A DNA stretch of 64,000 nt from Malacoraja senta. Taxonomy: Eukaryota. The notes under the pieces are model-generated. The model was not told where the DNA came from, made no database searches, and worked only from the letters and a program-made list of their open reading frames with translations. Below, in pieces: positions 1 through 12,445 of this stretch. A program made the position numbers and the translations under genes. How positions within the stretch are numbered: position 1 is the first letter of the stretch; every line of letters starts with the position of its first letter. Location: the NCBI GenBank assembly GCA_038087875.1, contig CM075988.1:12898001-12962000 (forward strand), given 5' to 3'.

Positions 1-2339
1 GTGGCAGTAGGTAGGTAACAGGGCCCTGTTGTTATTATCCTGGGGTTGTCTTCGTGCTGCAGCATCCTTTCCAGATTGAATGATATCAAAACTGTTAAAT
101 TGTGTAGGATTTAAACTTTCAAGTATTCAAATACACACTTGAGAAAAACACAGTAACCTCTTGCAGACTTCCGGGAAGTAATGCAATAGCTGAGAACAAG
201 TAAAATCACTCAAAGATCAGATCGCGTCTTTTGAAATTTATTCCTGTAACTGCTGACACATTATGAACCAGGCCCTGTCTTGAACTGCGCTGCAAATCAT
301 CCCAATTTTAAAATGTTAGGTGCAAAATCGAGATTTTGCTTTCAATGTCAAATAGTAATATATGCTATAAATTATATCAATGTATTCTGGAAGTAATAAT
401 AAATTCTACATATTAGCTTAAAATTTCTGAACCATATTTTAACCCCTTTCATACCTTTTTTGAGCTCATAGGTGAACAGATGGAAAGTCTGGTCACACAG
501 AATTAGCTTTTTATGTACTTCGCCAGGTTACCTTGAACCAACTCTGCAATATTACAGAATACAACTGAAACTTTATAGGAATGAAGCATACGAAAACATT
601 ATTAAAAACAACAATGGAGATTTGACTCATTTAATTACTTCAGACCCATGTAAAAACCTTGAGTCATATAGTAGTTATTAATGAAACTCTAATCCATCAT
701 ATGACTTGGCCTGTTCTATGTTATTAATCATTTCAGTTCTGAAGATGAAGGATTTTCTTTAACTTTATGACCACTGTCCTGTTTTTGTCACATATTAAAA
801 ATGGCTTGTTGCAGCAAGGAAGCAGGGCACAATGCTGAATATTGTGAACTGCAATCGGATCAAAGCAGATGTGGCAAAATTGTGCCTGCAGAGTGGAGTG
901 AAGGAAGTCATAAATAAAATGAGCAGCGTTTCCTTTTGTGGTAAGTTAATGCGGATTTTCTGCTCTTCCTGTTTTCAAAGTCACCCCACACTAAACCCTC
1001 CTTCCCTAGCATAGACCACAACTTGAATGCCAACTCCTCAGATTATTCAGAACAACTTTGCAATGAATGAGATTTGTACTGGCCTGAGTACAGAGGGTTG
1101 CTAGTTGCCTCTCAACGTTGCCTTGCAACTGTAGAATGGTTGGGTTTCAAACCTCTCCATTTAAAGTGATATAGATGGGGATGTGTCCACACTCCATGAC
1201 GCCTTTAGCATCATCCTAGTATTTAACTTCTGAATAATTTCAACACTGAACAGTTAGCACATTGTTTACCCCAAAGCAATTGGTGCAGCTCAATTTTCAG
1301 ATACCTAATGCAGGATATTTTCCTTGCCTCCACAATGCCTGTTGTGACACGATGATATACATTCTGCAAAAAGGTGGTTCAAAAATCCCTACTCATTGGG
1401 ACAGATGTAAGATTGAAGTGAAGTGATGAATAGATGTTAGGGATAATGCAGGAAGTAACTATCTTTATATCAGAACGTAAATACCTTTTATAGAACTTGT
1501 TATGCTTTGTTGTTGACATAGTTTCAGTAGCTGTAAATTCCCTGCATTTTTGTATAATGTTCTTTGAGGAGCGATGTAATTTGAGTAGTCCATTACCATT
1601 TCTCAAATACGACACTTTTCAATGCACACCCTACCAAATATAGTTTTGAAGTTTCAAGGTCATGCAAGGCTCCTTGCTTTTGTCGAGAATAAATATTTAG
1701 TTATCATTATTGGTCATTTTCAGAACTGCTTTCATCAAGGGTCTTTAAATTTACATGCAAGCATAAGAAGACTAATTACAACTCTATATATTGCCAAATT
1801 CTTTATGTGCAATAGAACGAGAGAACAGCTTCAATTATTTGACATTTAGCTGGATGGATGTTGTATTTTTCTTTCCAGATGGCATGCTCCGATCTGGTTG
1901 AGGTTTATCCTCAGTTTTACTTGGAACAGCGAACAAGATCTCACTCAGAAGGAAAAGCTAAGCTTACTTAGTTATTGTTTTAGTTATAAGCATACTAGGC
2001 AAAACAATTAACCTGGTTTTTCTCCACCACCGCAACAGTGATGGAGATATCCTTGGGTTTAACAATCCCAAACTGATGTATCAGTGAGATAGTTGGGGTC
2101 CATAATCAAACCAATGTAAAATTGCAAACACTTTATATTTTGTACATTGCTGAAGTGCAGTGGCTGGCTGCTAACAGCTATTCTGCAACTTTAGTCATGA
2201 ATAAGTTACACAGAAAATGATAAAAGTGCCAACTTCATAGAATGCTTACACCACAGATTGCTTCTATGCAAGAGGAATCGTGGTCAAGTGCATAGGCCTA
2301 CCTTTGCTCCACAGGCCTACAAATTCTGTCCACTCGGAT

Positions 2340-2880
2340 ACCCACCCAGCTTCTTAAATGCTACTATTGCCTCCACTGCTTGTGGTGCAATGCATTATAG
2401 ACCCTGCAGATCATCTTCATTCTCTGTCCCTTGGTTCTTGATCTGTTTCTCTCCCCCTGTGCTCACATGTGCCCTTTATGATTTTAACTACCTTCAACAA
2501 ATCCTCCTGAAACATTGTCAGTTCCATATGTAACAGCCCCAGTCCATCCACACAACTAAGTCCCACATCCCTGGAATCAGCTTAATACATTTCCACTCTC
2601 TAAATCCTTTACATCTTTCTGACTAGTTGCACCCACAACCAGTTGTGGCTTGACCTCTGTTTTATAAAGGTCCAAGATGACACCTGATTATGTCGCTCTC
2701 ACATTCTATCCCGCTATTTATAGAGTCGAGGATCCCCTTTGCTTTTGAAGCACTTTCCGACTTGCCCTGTCACATGCAGTGAACTATACAGATATGGTCC
2801 AGATCTCTCTAGTCTTATATCCCTTTCCAAACAGTGACCTCTAATTTATATTACCTCATTCTTTCAACCAAAATTCAACA
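2340..2880 (-). mobile_element. Degraded CR1-type LINE fragment (ORF2 3' part/3'UTR)
   Basis: Diverged similarity to the clearer minus-strand CR1 copies in this window (cttaaatgctactattgcctccactgct; cacccacaaccagttgtggcttgacc). Confidence 0.45.
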
Positions 2881-4129
2881 GCATGGCGACATATCACAGC
2901 ATTACTTCTCATCTTTCATATATTCACTTAGACGGCCATATCTTTATCGCACTAAAGGCTTTTATTCTCATCCTTGCACTTCACTGTGCAGGCCAGAAGG
3001 TCAGACATGCCTTAGTCTCTGCTTTTTTGTCCAACCTTAGACTGGGCAGCAATTTGACAATACAATTGAGAGGGAAATGTAAAAAGCAATCATTCTTCAT
3101 CATTTTTATGCAGGAACCTCTGCACCAAATTTGTACGTTGTGACTACAAAATCAAAGTATCTTGGAAGTTCCTTCATAGATTAGTTTGCTTAAAAATTGC
3201 CTCTGCGCAGATGAGGGATAGTGGTTATTGTACTGGTGGAGATGTACCACAGGAGAGCTTATGATCCTTCTGCAGAGGAGGAGTAAAAACTATTACGGGG
3301 GATGAAGGAGATGGGTGTCAGTGTCTGGAAACTCTGTAAAAAGAATCTTCAGTTGGACAATGGAAATTCTGGTCTTTTTTATTAATAAAATGGCCAAATA
3401 TTTCAATGACCACTTGACATGGCTACATGGAAGTTTCAAATAGTCTTTGGACACTTAAATATTATTTCTAAAAATACTGTAATTTTATAATTTTTCGGGC
3501 AGTTCTTCCATGCATGAGGTGCAGTTTGGCGAATACAATCTCTCACTTTAGTGTGTGGGTCAAGCAAGATATTTGTTTGTCTTGAAAGTGCCAGCAAACT
3601 GATCAGACAGCCAAAATGACCAGCCATGGATGGTGGGTCCTTCTTAACATATGGTGTTGGCCTCTGTGATATCACCAGAACCAGCTTTTAACTGCACATG
3701 AAGTTTCTATAACTCTACCGCCAAACTGGCAGAGAAATATGGAGGGCCCAAAGGCATGAGTACATTAGACAATTCTTTTCCTTGTGGGTTAAGGAGGAAT
3801 AACAACATTGTGCAGATCGCACAAGGAAACTTTAAGCAACATGGACTCGCCCCATTCTTCCAATTACACAATAATTACTGGCAACCAACCTCCCCAGAAT
3901 GGGTGATAGTCAGGTCAGGTACTTGAGATTGAAAGTATTCCTTAGTTTTATTCCTGGAACAGTGAGTGTGTTTTTTAGCTCACTCCCATGATACCCACAA
4001 ACATGACAGGGTATTCCAGTTGGGGTCATTTCCTTGTTGGACTCTCCATTGGGAACAGATGGGTGGGGCCAGGTGCTCTCTTAGAAATGCAAGGAAATTA
4101 GAGAATGAGCCAGTGTAGACTTACTCTCA

Positions 4130-4173
4130 GTGCCTTTACTCAAGTTTATGAAGTAAAACTTGAGTAAAGGCAC
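4130..4173. repeat. Perfect 18-bp inverted repeat with 8-nt loop
   Basis: GTGCCTTTACTCAAGTTT (4130-4147) pairs with AAACTTGAGTAAAGGCAC (4156-4173); extends 5 bp further after one mismatch. Confidence 0.95.
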
Positions 4174-4209
4174 AGAGAGATTCACGAACTTTAGAGAGAC
4201 TCACTGTCC

Positions 4210-4422
4210 ATTTTTACTTGGTAGGTGCTGAGTATATGGAATGAGCTGCCAGACGAGGTAGTTGCGGCAGGTACTATAACAATATTTAAGACACTTGGAC
4301 AGATGTATAGTAGGCAAGGTTTAGAGGGATGTAGACCAAATGCAGGCAAATGGGGCTAGCTTAGATGGGACATCTTAGTTGGCATGGACAAGTTGGGCTG
4401 AAGAGCCTGTTTCCATGCTGTG
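4210..4422 (+). mobile_element. CR1/HER1-type LINE 3' end
   Basis: tggaatgagctgccagacgaggtagttg...ggcatggacaagttgggctgaagagcctgtttccatgctg; same tail as the CR1 copy at 48921-49725. Confidence 0.85.
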
Positions 4423-5440
4423 CAAAGAATCAGAAAGGGCCATGCATATCACCCAAATTCAGATGATTGGCTCTCATATATTTCTCTAGTTTGCCTCTCA
4501 CTAATTCAGAACTACAATTTCACCTCCAGATTTCTTAGAGAAGATTCTCAAACAAATTAAATACCCAAAATTGATCAAGATATTGAGAGCTCCAGCTTAC
4601 AATCAGGTAAAGAATCGCTCTGCTTTGAGAATGTGATGACCTCATAAATACTGTAAAGTTTATCCACACTTCAGGATGCCCCTTTGAACTTTATGTTATG
4701 GAAAGGATGATTCGGCTGGCTGAAAGAAAATGTACATAAATCTCATTTTAAATGAGTGTTGGTATCTATAGAAACATACAAGTTTGGAAAGACTCGATCC
4801 TAAAATCAAAGTAGGCACATTTAAATTCTGGGCCAGTCTAAGTGAAGCTATGTCAGTTGCTTTTCAAACAAAATGGCACCATATGAAACCTTGGCAATAG
4901 TAGGAATATCTCGCTGGTATGTAGTTGGAATTGTAACATTTTTGTTCGGATTCCAACCATTGACATTCACTGTACTGCTCAATTTATTTTGTATTCTTGT
5001 GCTCATTTACAAGCTGGATGCATCTGCTACACCACAGACAACCTTTTTGATGTTTACTAATTTAGGGAATGGTTGTGCAATGATAATGAGGATAAATTCC
5101 CTCAGAGTTTCTGAGTCTTTCTGCTGATAATACAGCATGCAGGTTAAGAAAATGGTATGGAAATTCACCCATAACTGCAGGCTGGTCAAAAACTGGATAG
5201 GATGCTGCTGAGGTCAAACAGCTCACTGCCTAAGGACAGATGAACAACCGGCAGGCTTAATGCAATAAAACTCCCTGTTGTGTTGAATACACTGATAAAA
5301 GACTTTCATAGACTTGATTTAGTTAATGTCTAAAATGGAACAGTTCATATCATATGCTTTGTAAAAAATGTATACTGTGGCTGGGACTTTGACAGGACTG
5401 CTGCAATACATTTTACATCTCATCAACAGAATGTCTGAAT

Positions 5441-5693
5441 GTTTAGTTAAGATTAGTTTAGAGATACAGCGTGGAAACAGGCTCCTCAGCCCACCGAGTA
5501 CATGCTGACTCTGGGGGCAATTTATCGAAGCACGTTTTTGGAAAGTGGGAAGAAGCCGGAGCACCCGGAGGAAACTCACGCGGTCACAGGGAGAAGAGAC
5601 AAACTCCGTACAGGCAGCACCCATAGTCAAGGTGGGACCTGGGTCTCTGGCGCTGTGAGGCAGCAACTCTACCCCTGTGCTACTTGGCCACCC
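5441..5693 (-). mobile_element. HE1-type tRNA-derived V-SINE
   Basis: Reverse complement shows tRNA head, central V-domain (ttcctccgggtgctccggcttcttcccac) and CR1-like tail. Confidence 0.9.
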
Positions 5694-7211
5694 ACAGTGA
5701 TTGTACATCTGTCTGGCTGAGCAATATATATGTACACCTGGCAGATGGTGAACATTATAAGAACACATACCTGCTCTCTACCTTGATCCATTTTTTAAAT
5801 GCTGATGCTCTTAATTGTCATAAAGATCCACACGAACACCCAGTAGAAGCTGTTGTGAAATAGATAAAGACCCTTCCATAAGTTTTCTTAAATCCACTTC
5901 CAGGTATTAATTCCATCTATCCATAGAACAAACCTGTTACTAAAATAATATCAAGCTGAAAATATCCTCTGTACCCAATTTGCAGATTGATTAGTTTGAG
6001 ATTCTCTCAGGTAAAGCCATTTTTTGAATTAATAATATCTGTATCCCCTTGCAAGAAGACTTTACTATACTATAACATAAGGAATTCCAAGTACTGAGCC
6101 CATTCTTGTTAGGTATTAAATGTGCTCTTCATGCAGTCTATAGCACATGGCCACCATCACTAGATTAGTTGTTACATTTGCTCATGTGTACACTCTGATT
6201 CACATACAATTAACTTGCAAAGCAGTCAGTTGAGGTGAATCACAAAACATAGTGAGGATGTAAAGAACCACATACATGCTCAAGATGAGATGTAAAATGA
6301 CAGTTGAATCAGCTCCTGTTCTAAAAGTTCAAGCTTTATTTTAAATTATTCCTATGCTCTTAACAAACCTACAAAGTGCTGGGAGCATTTTTGAACAGTA
6401 AGGGTCAAATCTCCAGGCATTTGGATCATGGTTAATAAAAGGTAACAAACAAAATAATATCTCCCTCCCACTTTAATCTGGATATCCAACATTAAATTGT
6501 GGCACATAAAAACAACTGAACAGATAATAATGCCAGACAATAACATCAACTGATATTCCATAGAAAACAACGCTAAACACTTGTCTCAAGTCCTGGCATC
6601 ACCACTGTAAGAGTAATGAGAGATTGACCCTTGCATTTTGTTGCAGATCCATTTCATCACATCTCTGGGGTGAGCCCTTAATCCTACAGCTGCATATTCC
6701 AGAAAGCGGGATCAGGTGGAAGTGATCACCAGGTAACAATTACAACATCTCCAAATGGAGTTTAAACCAGGGAAAGTTTATAATCATCATGTTATTCTAG
6801 AGGAAAGCTTGTTGCCATCATCATTCTTCAGGATCTTGGTGATGTACAGTGAAATCAAAGTATTTTTGTTCATTCGTGTCAAGATCAATTTCCATTATCA
6901 GCCATAGAATCGATAATGTCATTGTGGTGCTACTAGCTACGATGCAATCGTAGTCCACTTAATAGTCCAGGAAATGTGACCATATTGTTCAGTTTGGTTA
7001 GAACTACATTTATTTTGTATTTGGTTCAGATTGTAATTTCTTTCTGAATTATTAATATTTGACAATAATATTGACAAGGGAAACCCTTAGGTAAATTCAT
7101 CTACTTTTGATAACTGCCAAGAATTAGTAATAACATTGCTAATAGCTGCATTTTTTAAACTCGGTCATAGTCATCTCTATTTTTGCTCCTCTGGATTTAT
7201 TTTTATCCTAA

Positions 7212-7609
7212 AGGGCCTGTCCCACTTACGCGACCTTTACTGGCGACTGCCGGCACCCGTGATAGGTCGCCGAATTTTTCAACATGTTGAAAATTCAGTG
7301 GCGACCAGAAAGATGCTACGACTCTTTGGAGACCTCTCACGACCATAGGAGACCTCTCACGACCATACAGGCAACCCCTGGCGACATGTCGCGGGTGACC
7401 TCTCACAACCATAGGAGACCTCTCATGACCATACAGACTCCCCTGGCGACATGTATGGTCATGAGAGGTCTCCTATGGTCGTGAGAGGTCTCCATAGAGT
7501 CGTAGCGTCTTTCTGGTCACCGCTGAATTTTCAACATGTTGAAAATTTTGGCGACCTATCACGGGTGCCGGCAGTCGCCTATAAAGGTTGCGTAAGTGGG
7601 ACAGGCCCT
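7212..7609. mobile_element. Palindromic MITE, probably PIF/Harbinger-like
   Basis: TIR AGGGCCTGTCCCACTTACGC...GCGTAAGTGGGACAGGCCCT; about 155 bp of near-perfect inverted arms; TAA at left flank; internal repeats of gagacctctcacgaccata. Confidence 0.85.
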
Positions 7610-7924
7610 TCAGTGTCACTCCATCACTTCATTGATTGGTATATATTCTCACATATCCACAAACAAAAGTGATTAGTCAATAGTTTGTCCACAATCTCCA
7701 AATTCTTAATCAAAATGGATGTCTAAAATTATAATATATATAAAACTGAAGAAAAGTTTAATTTCTAGAATATTTTAAAAGCTGAGTTTTCTAAGTAGGT
7801 CTTTGAGGATGGGTTTGTTTATTTGTAACTGGTTACAACAACCAAAAAAATGTAGCCCCACTATCAATACAAAATAAATACAGAAGGCAGAGAGGATTTA
7901 TGGGAATGGATTGCATTCTGGATA

Positions 7925-8100
7925 ATAAATAGTGCAGTTTCAAGAGAGAGTTAGATAGAGCTCTTAAAGATAGCGGAGTCAAGGGATATAGGGAGAAGGC
8001 AGGAACGGGGTCCTGATTGTGGATGATCAGCCATGATCACAGTGAATGGCATTGCTGGCTTGAAGGGCCTACTCCTGTACCTATCGTCTATTGTCTATTG
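7925..8100 (+). mobile_element. CR1 LINE 3' end with (TCTATTG)n tail
   Basis: ttcaagagagagttagatagagctct...tgaagggcctactcctg...gtctattgtctattg. Confidence 0.9.
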
Positions 8101-8469
8101 GTATGGGGAAATGTAGCAATAACAAAGTAATCATCTTGAAGACATTATATGCAGATTGCACGGTATTGGATAGGTAGACGGAAGTAACAAATGGCAAGGA
8201 TTATTATGACATTTTTAGTTTTATCTATTGCTTATGACTTTTCCTGAACTCCATGATGTTTTATATCCAATTACCTTCACAAAAAACATATCTAATCATG
8301 AATGACGTCACCAATCCCCTCCCTGTGTGCCATGGCTGATGCCATCAAAGGATGAATTAGTCTCTCACTTAAGTCTGGCTCAGGTAATATTTATATTCAA
8401 GTTCCACTGCAAAGACCTGAACACAGAAATTGAGAGTGATTGCAGTGCAGTGCAGTGCCAGGAGTGCTT

Positions 8470-8625
8470 GTGTAAGAAGGAACTGCAGATGCTGGTTTAC
8501 ACCGACAATAGACATAAAATGCAGGAGTAGCTCAGTTGGACAAGCAGCATCTCTGGAGAGAAGGAATGGGTGACGTTTTGAGTGACCCTGTCACCCATTC
8601 CTTCTATCCAGAGATGCTGCTTGCT
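8470..8625. mobile_element. Penelope-like terminal-repeat inverted pair
   Basis: gaaggaactgcagatgctgg...ctctggagagaaggaatgggtgacgttt, then inverted gtcacccattccttct...gagatgctgc. Confidence 0.85.
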
Positions 8626-8809
8626 CCAAACGTGCTTTGTTGTATTACAGGTATCTTTCAGATGAAATATTACAACATGACCCCTGGCTCACTATTATTT
8701 TGAAGAAGAGCCATTGTATCCTTAACCAAAAGCATGGAAGGTGAAATATTATCAGGTCTTTATCTCAATGGTGTAATTCAGAGGAATTCCAACAATGTCT
8801 GTCTGCATT

Positions 8810-9040
8810 GAGTTACACGTTCGCTTGTGCCCATGTGGATTTACTACAGTGCTCCAGTTTCCTCCCTCCTCCCAAAGTCGTATAGGTTGTTAATTGCCCC
8901 TAATGTGTTGGGGAGTGGTAGAATCTAGTGGAAGTAAAATGGGATTAATGTAGGATTAATATCAATGCACAGTTGATGGTCAGCACGGACTCGTTGGGCC
9001 ACAGGTCCTGCTTCCATGCTCTATCATTCCACGACTCTAC
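8810..9040 (+). mobile_element. HE1-type SINE, 5'-truncated and diverged
   Basis: V-domain gtgctccagtttcctccctcctcccaaag and tail gggccacaggtcctgcttccatgct. Confidence 0.75.
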
Positions 9041-9184
9041 AACAATGACCATGTAAAATAAAATACATCTCTAGCTGTAAACTACATTTTTTGGTCCTCA
9101 ACTCTCTCAGCCAGGCAGTTCTTGTGGTTTTCATTCTCAGTCATCACCCTGAAGGTGGAGAAGTGATTTTTAAAATGTATAGAT

Positions 9185-9258
9185 ATGCAAAAGCGACTTT
9201 GAGTCCTGAAAAGCGCTATATAAAATAAATGTATTATTATTATTATTATTATTATTAT
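9185..9258 (+). mobile_element. L2-type 3' end with (TAT)n tail
   Basis: aagcgactttgagtcctgaaaagcgctatataaaataaatg followed by (tat)n. Confidence 0.7.
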
Positions 9259-10334
9259 CTGATGTATTTTGTAGTCATTGACTCATTGTATTTCGTCGTC
9301 ACCTCTGTTTTGAATATCATTTGAGCAAATCGATTGTTGCATTACCCTGTTCTGCTTGTGGAAACACAGACATGAGCTAGGAAATGGAGTTTCAGCAAGT
9401 TATATCACTGGAATATTAAGTCTGCCCAAAGTTTTGGGGATTAACTGAAAATCAAAGCTCTGCAGTTGTTGGAACTCTAAAATTAAAGATGCCATTCACT
9501 GTAATACTCCGCATCAATGGAGAGAAAACACTATCAAGGGTCATTGACCTGAAATATTTAACTCTATTTTTTTCTGACCAGTGTTGCAGTTTGACCTGCT
9601 GGGTATTTCCAGCACAATCTTTCTTTGTGCAGAAAGGAACTGCAGATGCTGGTATATACCGTCCGTCTTTGGTCCTCTTGTGGGTGTGGGCAAGTTGGCT
9701 CGATCGACCTGTTTCCATGCTGTATGACTCTTGTCTGGCTGATAGTGAATTGCCCTCTTTTGAAGCAGTTCCCCACTCCCAATACACAAAGTCTATGATT
9801 TTACTACATTTCTGCAATGGATTCGGTTGCTTGCAGAAATGTACTTGCCTTTGATGCAGTTCTACAGATGTGACAAGGAAGTAACATTTAAAACAGAAGT
9901 GCAGAAAGGATTACTTCATTCAAATTTTGGTCTCTGTTATGTATTTGCTGCTCATGCTGAATAGAGGCTTTAGTTGGTGTTTGTTTTAACAATGAATTAA
10001 ATCAAAAGTGTCCAAATGGTGTCAGAACAAATTCTAATCAACGAATGTTGACTATGACTGTGGGAGATTGTTTTGAGTCATCTGCACTTGGCTTGGTGCT
10101 GCCTTAGATTATTTGCAGAGCAGACTTCAAGTGCAAGACAGAGCTCAAAGAAAAGGATCTGCAATCTCACCGATTTAATAGTGCTAATTATTTAATGTCA
10201 CACCAGAAGTAATTCCACCACAACTAATTAACACATATGCAAAGAAATACTTTGAGAGAAATTATACTTTGATTTTGGAATTAGTTTTACATATCTTGAT
10301 TTTTGCTTAATCAATAATTGTGACATCAATTGTG

Positions 10335-10465
10335 ACAATAATTGGGATAGGAAAGGTATAGAGGGATATGAGGCAAATGTAGGCGAATGGGATGAATTTA
10401 GGTAGGGCATCTCGGTTAGCATGGACAAGTTGGGCCGAAGTGCCTGTTTCATGCTGTATGACTGT
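10335..10465 (+). mobile_element. CR1 LINE 3' end
   Basis: ggataggaaaggtatagagggatatg...gggccgaagtgcctgtttcatgctgtatgact. Confidence 0.8.
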
Positions 10466-10699
10466 GACAGAAATGGCACATCAGAGACATCTTTGTGCAG
10501 GTATCATAAATAGGTTTACAAAGTACTGTTTTGAAATAGGTTCCCTCTTGCCCATTTTTCGTGAGCAAATCATACTTAAAATCGTGCATAACCAAGGGTA
10601 GTTTGCACGAGCTATCATTTTCGGGTGAAATTGTGTGGGTTAGGAAATTGACCTGATCACTAAGGCATGCTATTCATCTTTACATGTCTGTTTTGTGAG

Positions 10700-10930
10700 G
10701 CAAGACTTTTTTACACAGAGAGTGGTAGATGCCTGTACACACTACCTGGGGAGGTGATAAAAGCAGATATGATAGCATTATCTAAGAGACATTCAGACAA
10801 ATACATGAACAGGCAGGGAATAGAGGAATACAGACAGTATGCACATACTGTAGATGGGAATGGTTGGATTGCCATAATGGTGGGTAGAACAAACTATTCC
10901 TGTCCGTATTGTTCAATATTCTATGACTGT
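10700..10930 (+). mobile_element. Diverged CR1 3' end
   Basis: tttttacacagagagtggtagatgcctg...gacattcagacaaatacatgaacaggcagggaatagagg. Confidence 0.7.
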
Positions 10931-10954
10931 TGAGGTAATTTAGTGGGTTAGGCA

Positions 10955-11075
10955 ATATCTCAGGAGAAAATGGCCGGGTGACATCTTGGGTTGTGACCTG
11001 AAACGTCACCTATCCATGTTTTCCAGAGATTCTGTCCGACCCGCTGAATTACTCCAGCACTTTGTGTCTTTTTTA
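10955..11075. mobile_element. Penelope-like terminal fragment (collapsed inverted pair)
   Basis: ggtgacatcttggg...gacctgaaacgtcacctatccatg...ttactccagcactttgtgtc. Confidence 0.75.
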
Positions 11076-12139
11076 GGAAACACACAGGTCCTGCTTGAGG
11101 CATGAAAGCCACTCCCCCTCATCTTTTTGAGCATATTTTTGGTCAATTTTGTTTTTTTGTTATGAAGGGCGTTGATGCTAAAAAAAACACCACAGATTTC
11201 ACAGCAAAACGGTGAATGCACATGTTTGCTCTTTTGTTGCACGTTGTACATAAAGAAACTCCAGCCCTGAGGTTTGCACGCGTTGCATACATTTTGATAA
11301 CAAAGACATTGTGCCCACAGTGAAGAGTAATATTTCCTAAAGACATCCGTTCACTGTCACAGAGAAACATTCACAACAAAGTGCTCTCAGACACGTTAGT
11401 AGATAGCTTCAATTGAAGAACCATCTGTAAATTCCCCAATTGTAATCTTCGAAAACAACAGAGGAGTTCATCTATGTGCTAATACACATCACCTCTCCAG
11501 CAATGATGAGAATAGAGTAGATTAATTTGTGTTCAGTTGCACTGTTGACTAGAAATGTAATTAAATGTTTCATGAAGGAGAGAGAGAAGTATATTAAGTA
11601 CTACATTGCAATTTCCTGTTTAGAGCATGCCATCCCATTTTGAAAGATAATACAAATGGAACTAGAGGTTTTGTAGGCTGTTTTGATGGTGAAATTAGCA
11701 GAAAAAGAGTTAGACAAGACTGTAATGAGGAAATTAAGGAAGGAGACATTAAATTGAAATTTAAAAAAGTTTAATTTGTGATTTTTTTTAAAGTATTACT
11801 TTAGCTGTGTTCCAACTATTATACAGCAAAATTATTGATACATTGGGTGAAATGAGAGGGTGAAAATAACATTGAGCTCATGAAACTAAGTAGGGGAGGT
11901 TTTTTCTAGCAGTTTATCAGATGCAGTGTGGGCAACCTTCTCTCTGTCCACCTGATGCATTTAGTTGTCCTCATTGAAAGTCGGGAATATTAAAAAGCAT
12001 TGAACTCCTGGCAATGTTCTAGGTCACTTGGGCAGCTCGACAACTGAGGGGGTAAAACATTCAACAAGGCATCTAAAATTGATGGACCTTTTGGCACAAG
12101 CAATAAGAGGAAGGAGAGAAAGAAATACAATGTACAGAG

Positions 12140-12445
12140 ATGGTGGCGCAGTGGGCAGCATGATGGCGCAGCGGTAGAGTTGCTGCCTTACAACGCCAGG
12201 GACCCAGGTTCGATCCCGACTACAGGTGGTCTGTACGGAGTTTGTACGTTCTCCCTGAGATTGCATGGGGTTTTCTCCGAGATCTTTGGATTCCACCCAC
12301 AAGGACGTACAGGTTTGTAGTTTGTAAGTTAATTGGCTTGAGTTTGTATACTTGGTATAAGTGTAAATTGTCCCTAGTGTGTTTTGTGTTAATCTTTGGT
12401 CAGTGCAGACTTGGTGTGCTGATCAGCTCTAAAACTAAAATCAAC
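12140..12445 (+). mobile_element. HE1-type SINE
   Basis: A box tggcgcagcggtagag, B box ggttcgatccc, tail ctctaaaactaaaa. Confidence 0.9.

Larger units (their letters stand above)
8385..9110 (+). mobile_element. Old Deu-domain SINE (SacSINE1/AmnSINE-like) interrupted by PLE and HE1 insertions
   Basis: Segments ggagtgct / tctttcagatgaaatatt / actattattttgaagaagag / attatcaggtctttatctca are collinear with the recalled Deu-domain consensus. Confidence 0.55.

Noticed and set aside
472..505. Possible terminal exon (G)EQMESLVTQN* after ttttttgagctcatag
   Set aside because: Acceptor is plausible, but the peptide is unrecognised and nothing else supports it.
6647..6732. Exon-like segment with good acceptor and CAG|GTAACA donor
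   Set aside because: Stops in all three frames; it could only be non-coding or a poison exon, with no further evidence.
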